Assembly (NCBI GenBank): GCA_000002445.1
Contig: CM000207.1
Span: 2,720,001 to 2,784,000, forward strand
Direction: 5' to 3'
DNA: 64,000 nucleotides
DNA from: Trypanosoma brucei
Taxonomy: Eukaryota
Both the position numbers and the translations under genes were made by a program. Below the pieces are notes generated by a model that worked only from the letters and a program-made list of their open reading frames with translations, was not told the DNA's origin and ran no database searches. Positions 36,599 to 47,656 of this stretch are shown here, piece after piece. The first letter of the stretch is position 1; each line of letters begins with the position of its first letter.

Positions 36599-36859
36599 AA
36601 AAAAATGCTGATGTATTTTCCGACTGCTGCGCTTTTTTAGGTGTGGATTTTACAGAAGTAAATAAAAAAGAATGTCACAGACCTGCTTCTTTCAAGGATT
36701 GAGGTAAAATACTATTCAGTTAAGACAAAAGTTTCATATTTTAGAATGCTAGGCTACATTGCTCAATATCTGAATCTAAAAAATATAAAAATTTATGGTT
36801 TCCACTTCACGCTTGCAGTTGCTAATCTGGAACCGTAGTTTTGGTTTGGAATGATAAGG

Positions 36860-37278
36860 TAGTGCAGTTTTCACTCGTTCGCACGCTATTTCGTTTGTCT
36901 TTTTTAGAGGGTGGTGAGAAATTGTACCATTGTAATTTAGTAGTCGGAAATATCGTCACTGCAACCGCTTTTGTGCTAACTCGTCCGCTGAGCCCTGGCC
37001 TGGTTAGTACTGTGGGCGTTTTCTCTCTGTTGTCTTCGCAAATTGGCCCGCCATACTGCCGGACTCATTGATGTATTAAGTTTCTGAATTTCCATGTGAT
37101 CGCTAGCTGCTTTTGTGGTGTCGTCTGTTGCCTTTGGTAGTCTATTCGGCAGCTGTATTAAGTCACACAGCTCCCGGTAAAGATATGCGTGTTCACCTTC
37201 TGCTACCGCTGCTTCGAGCCTGTGCAGCATAGTTAGAATTGATAGGCATGAGACTAGGAAACGGCTTGTTGCTAGCAT
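36860..37278 (-). pseudogene. VSG: orphan VSG N-terminal fragment (signal peptide plus start of N-domain)
   Basis: ORF 36976..37278(-) MLATSRFLVSCLSILTMLHRLEAAVAEGEHAYLYRELCDLIQLPNRLPKATDDTTKA resembles the VSG N-terminus LC.L..L pattern of neighbouring VSG 36598. Confidence 0.4.
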
Positions 37279-37597
37279 TTCTGAACCTCTTTACTTTAAG
37301 TGGCTACGTTTCGCTCCTGAATAGAACGATATTGTGTGATGCATCTATTGGCTCATTGCAATTGCTGTGTCCGCGGCAGCACATACATTTAGTGTACTTG
37401 GTAGCGAGCCACCCTTGGGTCTGTACTATAGGGTTCTTCAAAAACTCACAATTATAGAGCCTTAACAAAATCCCCTCCTTTAATCGCATCACAACAAATA
37501 CTTCCACATTTAACCACCCATTCCTTTCCATCTATTGAATACATTTTAATTTTCACCAAATTTCTCGTATTAAATTTCTTCCTTTTAACTATTTACA

Positions 37598-38400
37598 TTA
37601 TGTAAGGGTTTTCACAATTAATTTCGCTTTCTCTTTCCATGCAATTGGCTGTACAGGAAAATGGATGAATGGAACCTTTCCAACTTCACTATTAGTCAGA
37701 ATCAAAAAGTATCTCTCCTCATAATCTAATCCAATCATTCCTCTCTTCAAAACAAATCTCTCTCCAACAGCTTCTTCCTGAATGGCACTCCATATTAGCA
37801 GAGGCTTTGAAATACTTTGATCCGACCACCACTCCTCATTTTTTTTACAATAACTCTTGAAATGCATATTCAAACATTTTAACTGCCCATACTCTTGCTA
37901 TTAAAGGTCAACCACTAATATAAGGTTTTCTACTAGGAGGAGATTTCAGTAAATGAGGTAATTTATTATCCTCCCCTTTTCTGTAACCGACATGAAAAAA
38001 CCAAAAACATCTCTGCACATGCTCCTTGTGATCTGAATTCATAACCAAATCCAACTGAGGCGCATAACACTCTGATGTTGTCATGAATATAATAGGGGAA
38101 ATATGCTTCTCTTTTACTATATCTTCTCCACTAAACTTCTCTTCATTTTCAGCAGTATTTTGTATAAAATATTCCACACCATTCTCATACTTATTTCCAT
38201 CACTAACTATAACATCAGATCCGTCTAAATGGATTACAATATCCTCATCACTTGCATTATGTTTTTTCAAAAATTCCATAACTCATCTAGGTCTCTTAAC
38301 ATGGCTATACAGACCTCCTATCGTAATTACAATAATTTCAACATTTCTTAATTAGCCACTCAATATGAGTCAACACCATCCTTGAGTTCCATGAGTTTGA
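37598..38400 (-). pseudogene. GT31-like family pseudogene, copy C (best-preserved copy)
   Basis: ORFs 37908..38279(-) and 37598..37873(-): MEFLKKHNASDEDIVIHLDGSDVIVS...IIFMTTSECYAPQLDLVMNSDHKEHVQRCFWFFHVGYRKGEDNKLPHLLKSPPSRKPYISG / ...AIQEEAVGERFVLKRGMIGLDYEERYF... Confidence 0.5.
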
Positions 38401-39354
38401 ACGACAACGACAAACACTCTTACTTTGCTAGAATTATTTTGTGTTATATTTGTTGTTGTGTTTTATTGAAAATCTATTTCGCTTAAACAAAGTGAATGTT
38501 ATAACAACAATAGATCCCATAAGATAATAAACTTCATCTCCGTAACTCACCTACAAATTTGATTGTTTTATAAACAAAGCTTAGAAACATTAAGGAAACA
38601 AGTCAAATGCGCCACTAAGGTCTTTAGTTAAGGAAAAGATTTCATATAGATAATGCCTTGATGTTTATATATTGGAACTGTGAAGTGTGTATACTTAGTG
38701 TAAATAGCTTATCTTTGGGCACACAAATCTGATACTTTCTTAATAAAATAACTTTTGCTATACCTATAATCACACACTAACTGTATTTCACTGTAGTTTG
38801 CATTTACATATTTTGCGTATGCATTTTTATTACAATTGCAGTAGCGATTCGTATTGTTTCTCTCAAATATACTACGAAGTTTGCTACCCTTACGTGATAA
38901 ATACTATAACCACACTGTTTTATTATGAGAATTCAATTAGTATGGCTTCATAAATTAACAATTCTGTTGTTTATACCTCTATCCCTGAAATAGCATGTAT
39001 TTGCGATTTTCAAACATAGGGATAAATTTCATTAAGTATTATTTTCTTTCTTAGCATATTACAGCGCACCCTATTGTTTCACTCTATATTTATGTTTTTT
39101 TATCTTTTTCTTTTCTGTCTCTATTGATACTGATAACGTAGCTATCAAATTTGGTTTGCATTCTCTACCCTGTTTCTACCTAATTTTCACCTCCATCATC
39201 TCCCTGTGTATAATGTTTCCCTTTGTCATGTTTGTGCCTAAAACTACGCATATTCTATGTCATTCTCTCTCCCCTTGCCTCTCATTCACTCTCGTTGGAC
39301 ACTTAATATTGTTTTAAAAGATTCTAATTTGGCATTATATTTAGTCTTCACCGA

Positions 39355-39425
39355 ATTATTATTACAATATTAGTATATAGACATTCAAAATGCCCTCCTA
39401 TAATTATCACTCTAAAATTATAATT
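39355..39425 (-). repeat. 70-bp repeat (single degenerate copy)
   Basis: ttattattacaatattagtatatagacattcaaaatgccctcctataattatcac. Confidence 0.55.
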
Positions 39426-39731
39426 GCTACTAATGTTACTATTTGACCACTAAAATTGTTCCTCTTTTTAATAATGTAAACAAAACAAAGAACGTAAACA
39501 AGAAAGTAAAAATTTCTTACCATAGGAACTGCACTAATTTACACTCATAGTTCACCATCTTGCATATTTGAATAACATTTTCATAATTTTCACATTCTAA
39601 AAAAAATACTAATTTTAACATTTTGCAGAGATTTGCATATTGTCATCAAAAAACAATAAAATATATCAATTATCTCATATTTTGGAAATTTTATTGGATT
39701 TCATAAAATGTAAGGAAAGAACCTTAACATT

Positions 39732-41174
39732 CTAAAATTCTACAAAACCCACAAAAGAAGAAACAATCAGGGCGATTTTTTTGTTTACTAGAATGGAGGA
39801 ATCTTTGCATTCTGTTCCTTCCCATTTGCAACCATCTTTGCACACGGCTTCACTTTTATTATCTTTGCATTTTTCTGTTGTTGTTTCAGGTCCTCCAGTT
39901 TGTGCTTGTGTTACAGAAACACTCTTCTTTTTTGCTTTTTCTGTATCTAATTTGCACTTTTTATTTTCATCAGTTTCTGTTTTGTTAAAACTGCATGCAG
40001 CTGTTGCATTGCAGTCTGCTTCGATTTTAATTTCGTTGCAGCCGCCTTCTGTTGTGATTGGGTTACATTCTGTTGGTGGTGGTGGTGGAGTTATTTCCTG
40101 TGTTAGTTGCGCTCTTTTTGTGGTCTCAGTGCTTTTTCCTGATGCCGTAACTGCGTCCCCTCTAAGCTTTTTGATTGCCTTGTGAGCTGCTTTCAGCGTC
40201 GGTACGGATATTTCTACAGTTTGTTCCGTGTCGCCAAGTCCGAGTTTGGCTTCCGTTGTAGTTATAGCTTTAAAAGTCGGGTTGGGGTCGGCGCTTCCGA
40301 GTGTTGTTAATTGACCGAGTGCCGCCGTCGCTGCGTCTAAGCTTGCGGTACATGTTGGCTTTAGAGCCTTGACTTTGGTTATCGGGTTATTTGTTTCGAG
40401 TGGATGGCCGGTGGACCAGCTAGTCGCCGCTGGTACTGAACCTGTCAGTTTTAGCAAGCCGGCCATAAGATAGATCGTTGGTGCGGTGCCCCCCCCGGCG
40501 CCCATTACTCCGTTTGTGCCGTCAGTTGCTGAGAGTCGGCAGCTTTTGGTGGCGTCGACGCCTTTGCTGCCATCGCCTCCTGTGCCGAAGTTTGTTAGAG
40601 CGTGCTGGGCGCCGGTTAAGGTTGCGACCGCCTCCTTCTTGAAGGTTCGTCTCACGGCGTCTCTGTCCTTGCAGTCGGGGATATCGTTGATGGCTGCTCT
40701 GCCGCCTGCTCCGTCGTTGCTCATGCAATAGTTCGAGCCGCCGTTGTTCGCGGCAAAAAACAGGTGCGTGGTTTCTAGTATCGCACCGGCAACAAAGGCT
40801 CCTTCATTTCCGGCGTCTATCGCTGCTGCCAAGTGTGTTCGCACAGCTGCCTTTGCTTCGTCTACTGTGGTCCTAGTATGCATCAGAAGGTTTATATTGT
40901 CGTCGTTCCTCGCCAGTGTCCCTGATTTCATTAACTTTTTTATGTCGTGGAGTATCGTTTCAACTTCAAAAAGGTGGCTTGTTAGTGTTTTGGTTATTGT
41001 TTCGGCGTAACTACCGTATTTCATCAGCTCGTTGGCAATCTTGCAGCTGTCATCAAATCCCTTGGCTTTTAAGGCTTCTTGTGTGCCCATGGTTGGTGCT
41101 GACGTCGAAATTAGACTCAGGATTGCCAGCAACATCTGGTACAGGACAGGTCTACGTTTGGATGTTTGAGTCAT
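39732..41174 (-). CDS. VSG: VSG, apparently intact (480 aa, A-type N-domain, two Cys-rich C-terminal subdomains, GPI signal)
   Basis: Single uninterrupted ORF MTQTSKRRPVLYQMLLAILSLISTSAPTMG (signal peptide) ... GGSNYCMSNDG ... ECNPITTEGGCNEIKIEADCNATAACSF ... CKDNKSEAVCKDGCKWEGTECKDSSILVNKKIALIVSSFVGFVEF. 3'-UTR element variant at about 39640..39660. 70-bp repeat 1.5 kb upstream. Confidence 0.75.
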   Translation of the reverse strand: MTQTSKRRPVLYQMLLAILSLISTSAPTMGTQEALKAKGFDDSCKIANELMKYGSYAETITKTLTSHLFEVETILHDIKKLMKSGTLARNDDNINLLMHTRTTVDEAKAAVRTHLAAAIDAGNEGAFVAGAILETTHLFFAANNGGSNYCMSNDGAGGRAAINDIPDCKDRDAVRRTFKKEAVATLTGAQHALTNFGTGGDGSKGVDATKSCRLSATDGTNGVMGAGGGTAPTIYLMAGLLKLTGSVPAATSWSTGHPLETNNPITKVKALKPTCTASLDAATAALGQLTTLGSADPNPTFKAITTTEAKLGLGDTEQTVEISVPTLKAAHKAIKKLRGDAVTASGKSTETTKRAQLTQEITPPPPPTECNPITTEGGCNEIKIEADCNATAACSFNKTETDENKKCKLDTEKAKKKSVSVTQAQTGGPETTTEKCKDNKSEAVCKDGCKWEGTECKDSSILVNKKIALIVSSFVGFVEF

Positions 41175-42711
41175 TTGAAGTGACTGTTAGAGATCGAACG
41201 TGCGGTGTCGTCCTTTACAAAGTGCTGTGCTGTTCCTATCAATTGTGTGAACATGGAAACTAAAAAGGGTTGGTTTTGTTTTGCCAAGAGTTTCTTTGGC
41301 AGTTCATATTCAACACGGTTATAGCTTTTTTCGGGTTGTGACAGTGTAACTCCTATACAGATAGTCTTTGTGGTTTGTTTTAGCTTGGAACCGCTGTCTT
41401 GCGAGCTCTGAAGATTGTTAATATTGGGAGTTAAAAGGAACAGAGGAAACTTCGGCTTCTTTTGTACCGCAGGTCATGTTGGAGGCTATCGTCTCTGTCA
41501 CTCCGTGTTCTAAGGCAGCTTCTAGCATTTGGTGATGGTGCCTTTAGCCTTTCTTGAATGTTTTTGGAGGAGCTTTTTATTGTGACAATGGGTCTGGTTA
41601 AGGCGGTTAGTTCTCCGTGGCTGCTGTCCGGCTCATATGGATATAAGGGCTTTCTGTGCTTTTTAAAAACTTTACACTGCTATTACAGTGTGGCATTTTC
41701 TAGGAGAATATCCTTATAATTGATTTATACGCGGTAGCATTTTCTTCTCAACCACAAACAGGTCTTTTACGTCCTTTCGAAAGTATGTGCCTATTCCACC
41801 TACTGTGCTCACTATCATTATCCTGCTGCAAGTATTCCGATTTGCTCCGACTTGGTTGAAGTTCCTGAGAAGATTTAGAAAACCACGTTATCTTACCACC
41901 ACTTTTTCTCATTTCTGCTAAACTATGCCGTCCTATCTCAAAGTCTATTCTGGCTATCTACCTTTGCCAATCCAGATATTCATTTTTTAAAATTCAGCAG
42001 ACATTTCTATACATGAAAATTCTGTGCTTATGATCTGTTATTGGTTCTATTAGGTAGAAAACCGTAGTTTCAGGTTGGTAAAGTAACAAGGTAGCAGTAA
42101 TGTGTGCTCCGCGAGTGATTTATTGTAGTCTTTCCTTTATATTTTGTAACAATTTGTATAGAAATTTCCTTATACTGTACAATATGGTTCCGAAAATGCT
42201 ATCGCCGTTGCAGACGTTTAAAAAATACTCAGCGTAAGCTGCGTCTTAGAGACCACTCTACTGTTAACTACTCGCTCCTTTAAGAAGTTTTAGTGTCTGC
42301 GTACTTTATAAATAAGGAAACTGTAGAGTATCAACATTATTCCTCTTCACTTTATAGAGATCCTCCATTTAAACATATGCACCTCTTGTTCTGTTCACGC
42401 TGTTTTTCACTTCCTTTATAGCCAATAGAGTCCATTTTCTGTACAGCTCCGAGCAAAAAATCAGCTAAATTAGTTACTGTTTGTTCAATGTCTCCCTCCA
42501 TGATCGCTGTCTCTATATTTTTTCATATGAAAATTCCTTTGTTGTTTTCTCATTTTAAAATGCTTATAATCCACCCCCTTGCATATTCTTCTATAATGAT
42601 ATTACAGTTCTCTCATATTCATCATTTCACACTCAATTAACTTCATTTCACCGCTTTCATTGCTGTAAGTGCTTCGTTTTCGCCAATCATTTAGCCTCTA
42701 CCACAACTCTT

Positions 42712-42785
42712 TTTACAATATTCGTATATACACAGTCACAACACTCTCCTCTTATTATTATTACTATTATTACTATTAACCTAAA
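42712..42785 (-). repeat. 70-bp repeat
   Basis: caatattcgtatatacacagtcacaacactctcctcttattattattactattattactattaacc. Confidence 0.75.
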
Positions 42786-43029
42786 TAATATTATTAAAAT
42801 TAGGAAAACAAACCAAGTAAAAACAGCTTTTTTCAAATACACTATCACTCTACCACTTGCCACACACATGTCACTATCATACAAATTTTCAAAAAATTTA
42901 ACAATCTAAAACGTTTTGACAAAAAGTGTTAAAATATATTAAACTCTCTTACAATAAAAAAATATCATATAATAAAAAACATTCCTCAAAATACAAAAAT
43001 GCTACCAAACTCGTAAAAGCAGCAGCCAT

Positions 43030-44571
43030 ACTCAGAACAAACTTCTTATTTTATAGAAAACTATTGCTTCCGCACTTCTCCATATTCTAGTCGTCTCCGC
43101 CATCTTTTCCTTTTCTCCATCCACAAACAGAGGTTTGGCAAGCAGTATTGCGTTTTTCACAAGTTGATTTATCCTCATGTTGCTTACAGTTTGTGTTTTC
43201 TCCCTCTGCAGATCCCTCTACTTCTTCTGTTGTGTTTGTCTCTCCTTCTCCATCTTTAGGTTTGCATTCCTTTTTAGTGCCATCACATGTGCAGCTGTCT
43301 TGTGGGCACTCTTTCTGGTTTCTATTGTATTTTTCACATGCTTTCTTCTCTTCTACTGTTGGTTCTTTGTTTCCTTTTGGAGTTAGTGCCGGCATTGTTG
43401 GTACATCCTCGATATTTATTGATTCGTACAATTGCCATGCGCTGAGTTTGAGGTGTTGTAGTTCTGTAGCGGTTTTTTCCTGTTTTGCTTCCTTTTGAGC
43501 TCGTGCTAAAAGTTTGCTTGCCGCATGTTCGATGCTTTTGTAACATTTGATTTCGTTTCTGGGCTCGCTTGGTCACTCCAACATTTCTTTTGTGTAGTCT
43601 ACGCATGCTACTTTTGCTTGGCTTGGGAATTTGCCAGTGGTATGCGGATTTCCTAAGACAACAGTGCCGGGGTCGGCTTGCTTACCGCTCTTAAGCGCCG
43701 CTCTAAATGCTGCTACCGCTGCCGTGATTTCGTGCGCCGTGAGTTTTCCCGTAAACGGCTGGCATTTGGGTTCCAGTGTGTCCCACGCTGTTTTTGGTAC
43801 GAAACTTCCTCCCCAGGCCTGGCTGTGGGTAGCCACTGTGTGCCCGCAGAGCTTGACGTCGGTGGTGGTGCTATCTGTGGCGCGCAGGCAGATCAGGTCA
43901 TCTATGAGGGATTTGTCGGCTGCTGGGATTGCGCAGTTGGCTTCCCTGCTCCCGCTGTGTATTATTGCTGCTGCTTCGCTGCCGTCTTTTGCGGAAGCTC
44001 CTGTACCGTATATGGCGGCATCCAGGTCCGCTCTGATATCAGGTGCTCCGTCAGCCAAACTTGGCTTAATGTTCTTTTCGTAATCGTTGTAGATCGATTT
44101 GGCGTTGTCAGCTATTAGTGCAAGTTGTTTTTGGATCCGCCTGCCTGTGACAGTTTCCTGTGGCCCTCTTTTGAGTTTGAGTTTCTCATTAGTTTTAGAA
44201 CCCGCTATGAATGCCGCTTTGGTGGCCTGCCATTTGGAGTAGAGTGTTTTGCAGTTCTCCTTGTCGTGTGCCATTATCTTGGAGCATGTCGATTCTGCTT
44301 TCTCTGCCTGTGCGTCTTTGACCTCGTCATCGAATTCATTGTACCATGAAGTTACACTGGCTGACATGTTTAGCTGTTCTATTTCGCTGACATCGGCGGT
44401 ACTGAGCTCCGCTACATTTAACCTTGTTAGATCGCTGCGCGCTAATGAAATAAGTGAACACATCACGTGGAATTCCTTCCCGTTTGGCATGTCGCCTTGA
44501 GCAGCTCTTGCATATTTTACCAATTCCGGTAAAAGCAGCAAAACAAAAGCTAATATAACGTGTGAATTCAT
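43030..44571 (-). pseudogene. VSG: VSG pseudogene (B-type; stop between N- and C-domains; stop in GPI signal)
   Basis: ORF 43573..44571(-) MNSHVILAFVLLLLPELVKYARAAQG...EIEQLNMSASVTSWYNEF. ORF 43087..43431(-) C-domain in another frame. GPI region reads EKCGSNSFL*NKKFVLSMAAAFTSLVAF. Confidence 0.8.
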
Positions 44572-45834
44572 CTGGTAGTCTGCTTTGCCTATAGAGTTAA
44601 AAGTGTAGTCAAAACGAAGTTACTGACACATCTGGATAGTTATTAGGTGCGTTTGGTTTTTATTTTTGGCGGTCTAATTGAATTTTGTTTCTGATTTTAA
44701 TTTAGATGTAGTCTGCCACTTCCGCTATTCTGATCTATATCGTTCTATTCCTATATATAAAACAATTAAAATTTATGGTTTCTTTGAGTCAGTCTATTTC
44801 AGTCCAGCTTCTGCTTGCTAAATGCATCGTCTACAATGATATAACGCCAATTGTTTTGCAGCACGCATGATTGTATGTATTTTACACTGTAACCCCAGCT
44901 GATCGTCGGTTTCTTTAGTCTATCACACGGTAACTGCGTAACCTCGTGCACTCTTTTTTCTTTTGAACATTCTTGTTATTCTTCAACACCGCGTCAGCGT
45001 GTATTTTTATGCTAATTAGCCACTCTTGAAACAGTCATAGTGTCTGACCGGTAAAACAATAGGTAGTGGTGGTGTATCATTACAAACTTTTGACACTTTA
45101 CATGAATATTCTTTAACGACTAATTCTCGCACCATTTTAAGAAGTTTTCGCACCTTTACCCTTCTTCTTCTTGCCAAAGAAATTCATTAGTAGTCTTGGT
45201 TTTATACTTATTCTCCCAATAATATAACATTTGTTTCTACAAGGTTTGACCATTACTACTATATTTTATGGGAAAAAGGCTCCCACACTACCTCATAATT
45301 ATCTAATTCCTTCTTTCTGCTGTTGGTGTTCCTATTTATTTAAAGCTGGATATTAGAATTCACCATTAAATTAAAAACCACGTTTGCTACTGTTGTTTCT
45401 TCAATGGCTTATATATCCATTTTTAGTAAAATACGTGGCGTTATCGGTTACTGTTTCATGTGCTTTTTTGTTACGAAGTCTTGTAGTTTATCGTTTTATG
45501 CCATATTTAATTATCTTCTTTTCCTTTTTCCCTCTCTAAACGCTTCGGCAGATGACTTAGAAATTTGATTTGGCTACTAAAGAGGACTCTTTCTATTCCT
45601 CATTGTCCCCCATCATGGCCATGCGCATGATGATGACCATTTTCATGTTTGTGATTGAAACTAGGAATCTTCAAAATTTCTTCCCTTTATGTTTCTCTTT
45701 CTGCTTTCCATTTTATAATGTAACGAGTGCTTGATGTTTTATTTAATTAAACACCCATTTACTTACTTCAATTTCACCATCGTCGTTGCCTTCAGTTTTT
45801 CCATTTGTATACTTATTCAGCTATCAAAAATGTT

Positions 45835-45965
45835 TAATATAATATTCGTATATACACACTCACTACACTCTCCTATTATTATTATTATTACTGCTCTTAT
45901 TATAATATTAGTACAAACACGTTCACAACTGCCTCCTATTATTATAATCTTTATTATCATAACTC
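45835..45965 (-). repeat. 70-bp repeats (about 2 copies)
   Basis: aatattcgtatatacacactcactacactctcctattattattattattactgctcttattataatattagtacaaacacgttcacaactgcctcc. Confidence 0.8.
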
Positions 45966-46201
45966 TAAGCCTAGCCACTATCCGTAAATAGGTCAAAATA
46001 ACAAAATTAAAATGTTACTCACTTTGTTACACCTTATCACCATAATAAGCGGCATACACAGGACACAGTAATATACATTTTACTAAAATTTCATATTTTA
46101 AAAAATTTCACTAATTTTCACACTTTTATTAAAGGTGTTAAATATATCAAATTTAGAAAACTTCATTAATTTCATAAAGTCGAGGGGAAATCTTAAAAGT
46201 T

Positions 46202-47656
46202 TTATAGAATCAAAAATGCTAGCAAAAGAGGAGCTTTATTGATAACAAAAGAATTACTTACTGTGGTGTTTGTAGCTTTTCCATCTGTCCCTGTTGCTGC
46301 TGTGGTCGCTTTAACTTTGCACTCCCCATCTTTGTATTCACACCCATCCTTGTTGTTGCATTTAGTTTCGTCTTTTTCTCCCTTGCACTCTTCTGATTTT
46401 TTGTTATACACTGTTTCTGATATGTTCTTCATTTTCTCTGCCGTTTACAGTTTCCGCTTGATTCTTATTCCTTCCATTTGGCTGAGAGCTAAGTTTGCTG
46501 CTTGTGCTGTTGTCATGCTTGTAATCTTCTTTTTTTCCTGCTTGACTCTGTCTCTTGTCGGTGTTGTGTCTGCAGCAAAATCTTCTTCAAAACTCGCTTT
46601 AAATGCGTTGGCGTCGTGCCCGAATTTGCTCGAAATCCACTCTGATATTTTTTGACCCTCCGCTCCGCTTTGTGGGTCATCTGCGCTGTCGAATTTGGGG
46701 AGACAGTTGCGTATCGTGCGGCGCACTATTGGGTTATCCTTTAGAGCTGGGCCACTTAGGGTGGGCATCGTTTCTGGCGCAACGTCGGCCTTTAGTGCTT
46801 CGCAGAGTTTCTGGGCGAGTGTTTTGGGGTGATTGGCTGCGTCCTGTGGAGATGCGGCGTCATTGGCACACGCTCCACGCTTCTCGTTCGATGCGAAGAA
46901 TTGAATTTGAGTCTGAGCCGGTTTTCCGACCCAGTTTCCGTGCGTGAACGCGACTTTGCCGTCGCTGGCATGCCATGTGCAGGCGTTAAGCACTGTGCCT
47001 TGGCTACCGCTGCTACCGCCGCTGAAGCCTGAACCGTGGGCTGGGACCAACTTTTTGGTTGGGACGTATTCGTGGAGTTTTGCTGCGTCCGTTACTTTCA
47101 GCTTGTACAGTTTCGTTGCATCTGGGTTTCTGCCTTTACATTCTGGTGTTGCCTCTGGTGCTGTTGGCTTGCAAATCTGTTTACCGGCCGCTTTCGTTTC
47201 AAGGTTTATAGTAACTGTGTGGCTTGCTTTAGTGTGACTGGCGTCCGTTTTCGCCCCTACTACTGTTGTCGCCACCGCTATTGCCGCTTGGGCTATACCG
47301 ATCTGAATATCTATCCTTTGCTGCGCTGCCCGCATAGCGGTCGTTGCTACCGCGAGCTTACCTTCGTTTCTCTCGAGGCTGTTCCCTGCGAGAGCCACCA
47401 GCGCCAGGATGCTGCAGATGTATTCGGCCACCATAGCTTTCGCTGCTGCCAGCCTGTATTTGCGCGCCAAAGTTTTTGAGTCAGCGACTGCTGGGCTCAG
47501 CGACCCGAGTCGGCCTTCAAGCTGTTTCCTAAGTTCTTTTAGGTAGTCGACCTCAGTGCAGGGGTCCGTTATCCCTTTTTCCGCGGCGGGGTCGTTTGTT
47601 TCAGCCGCCGACGTAGCCGTATATTTAGATAAAAGAAGCGCTATGGTTAGTGTCAT
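46202..47656 (-). pseudogene. VSG: VSG with a single in-frame TAA (46445..46447); otherwise full length
   Basis: ORFs 46445..47707(-) and 46202..46432(-) are in the same frame, separated by taa plus 4 sense codons. Signal peptide MTLTIALLLSKYTATSAAE. C-terminus ...CKGEKDETKCNNKDGCEYKDGECK...NSFVINKAPLLLAFLIL. Confidence 0.8.
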
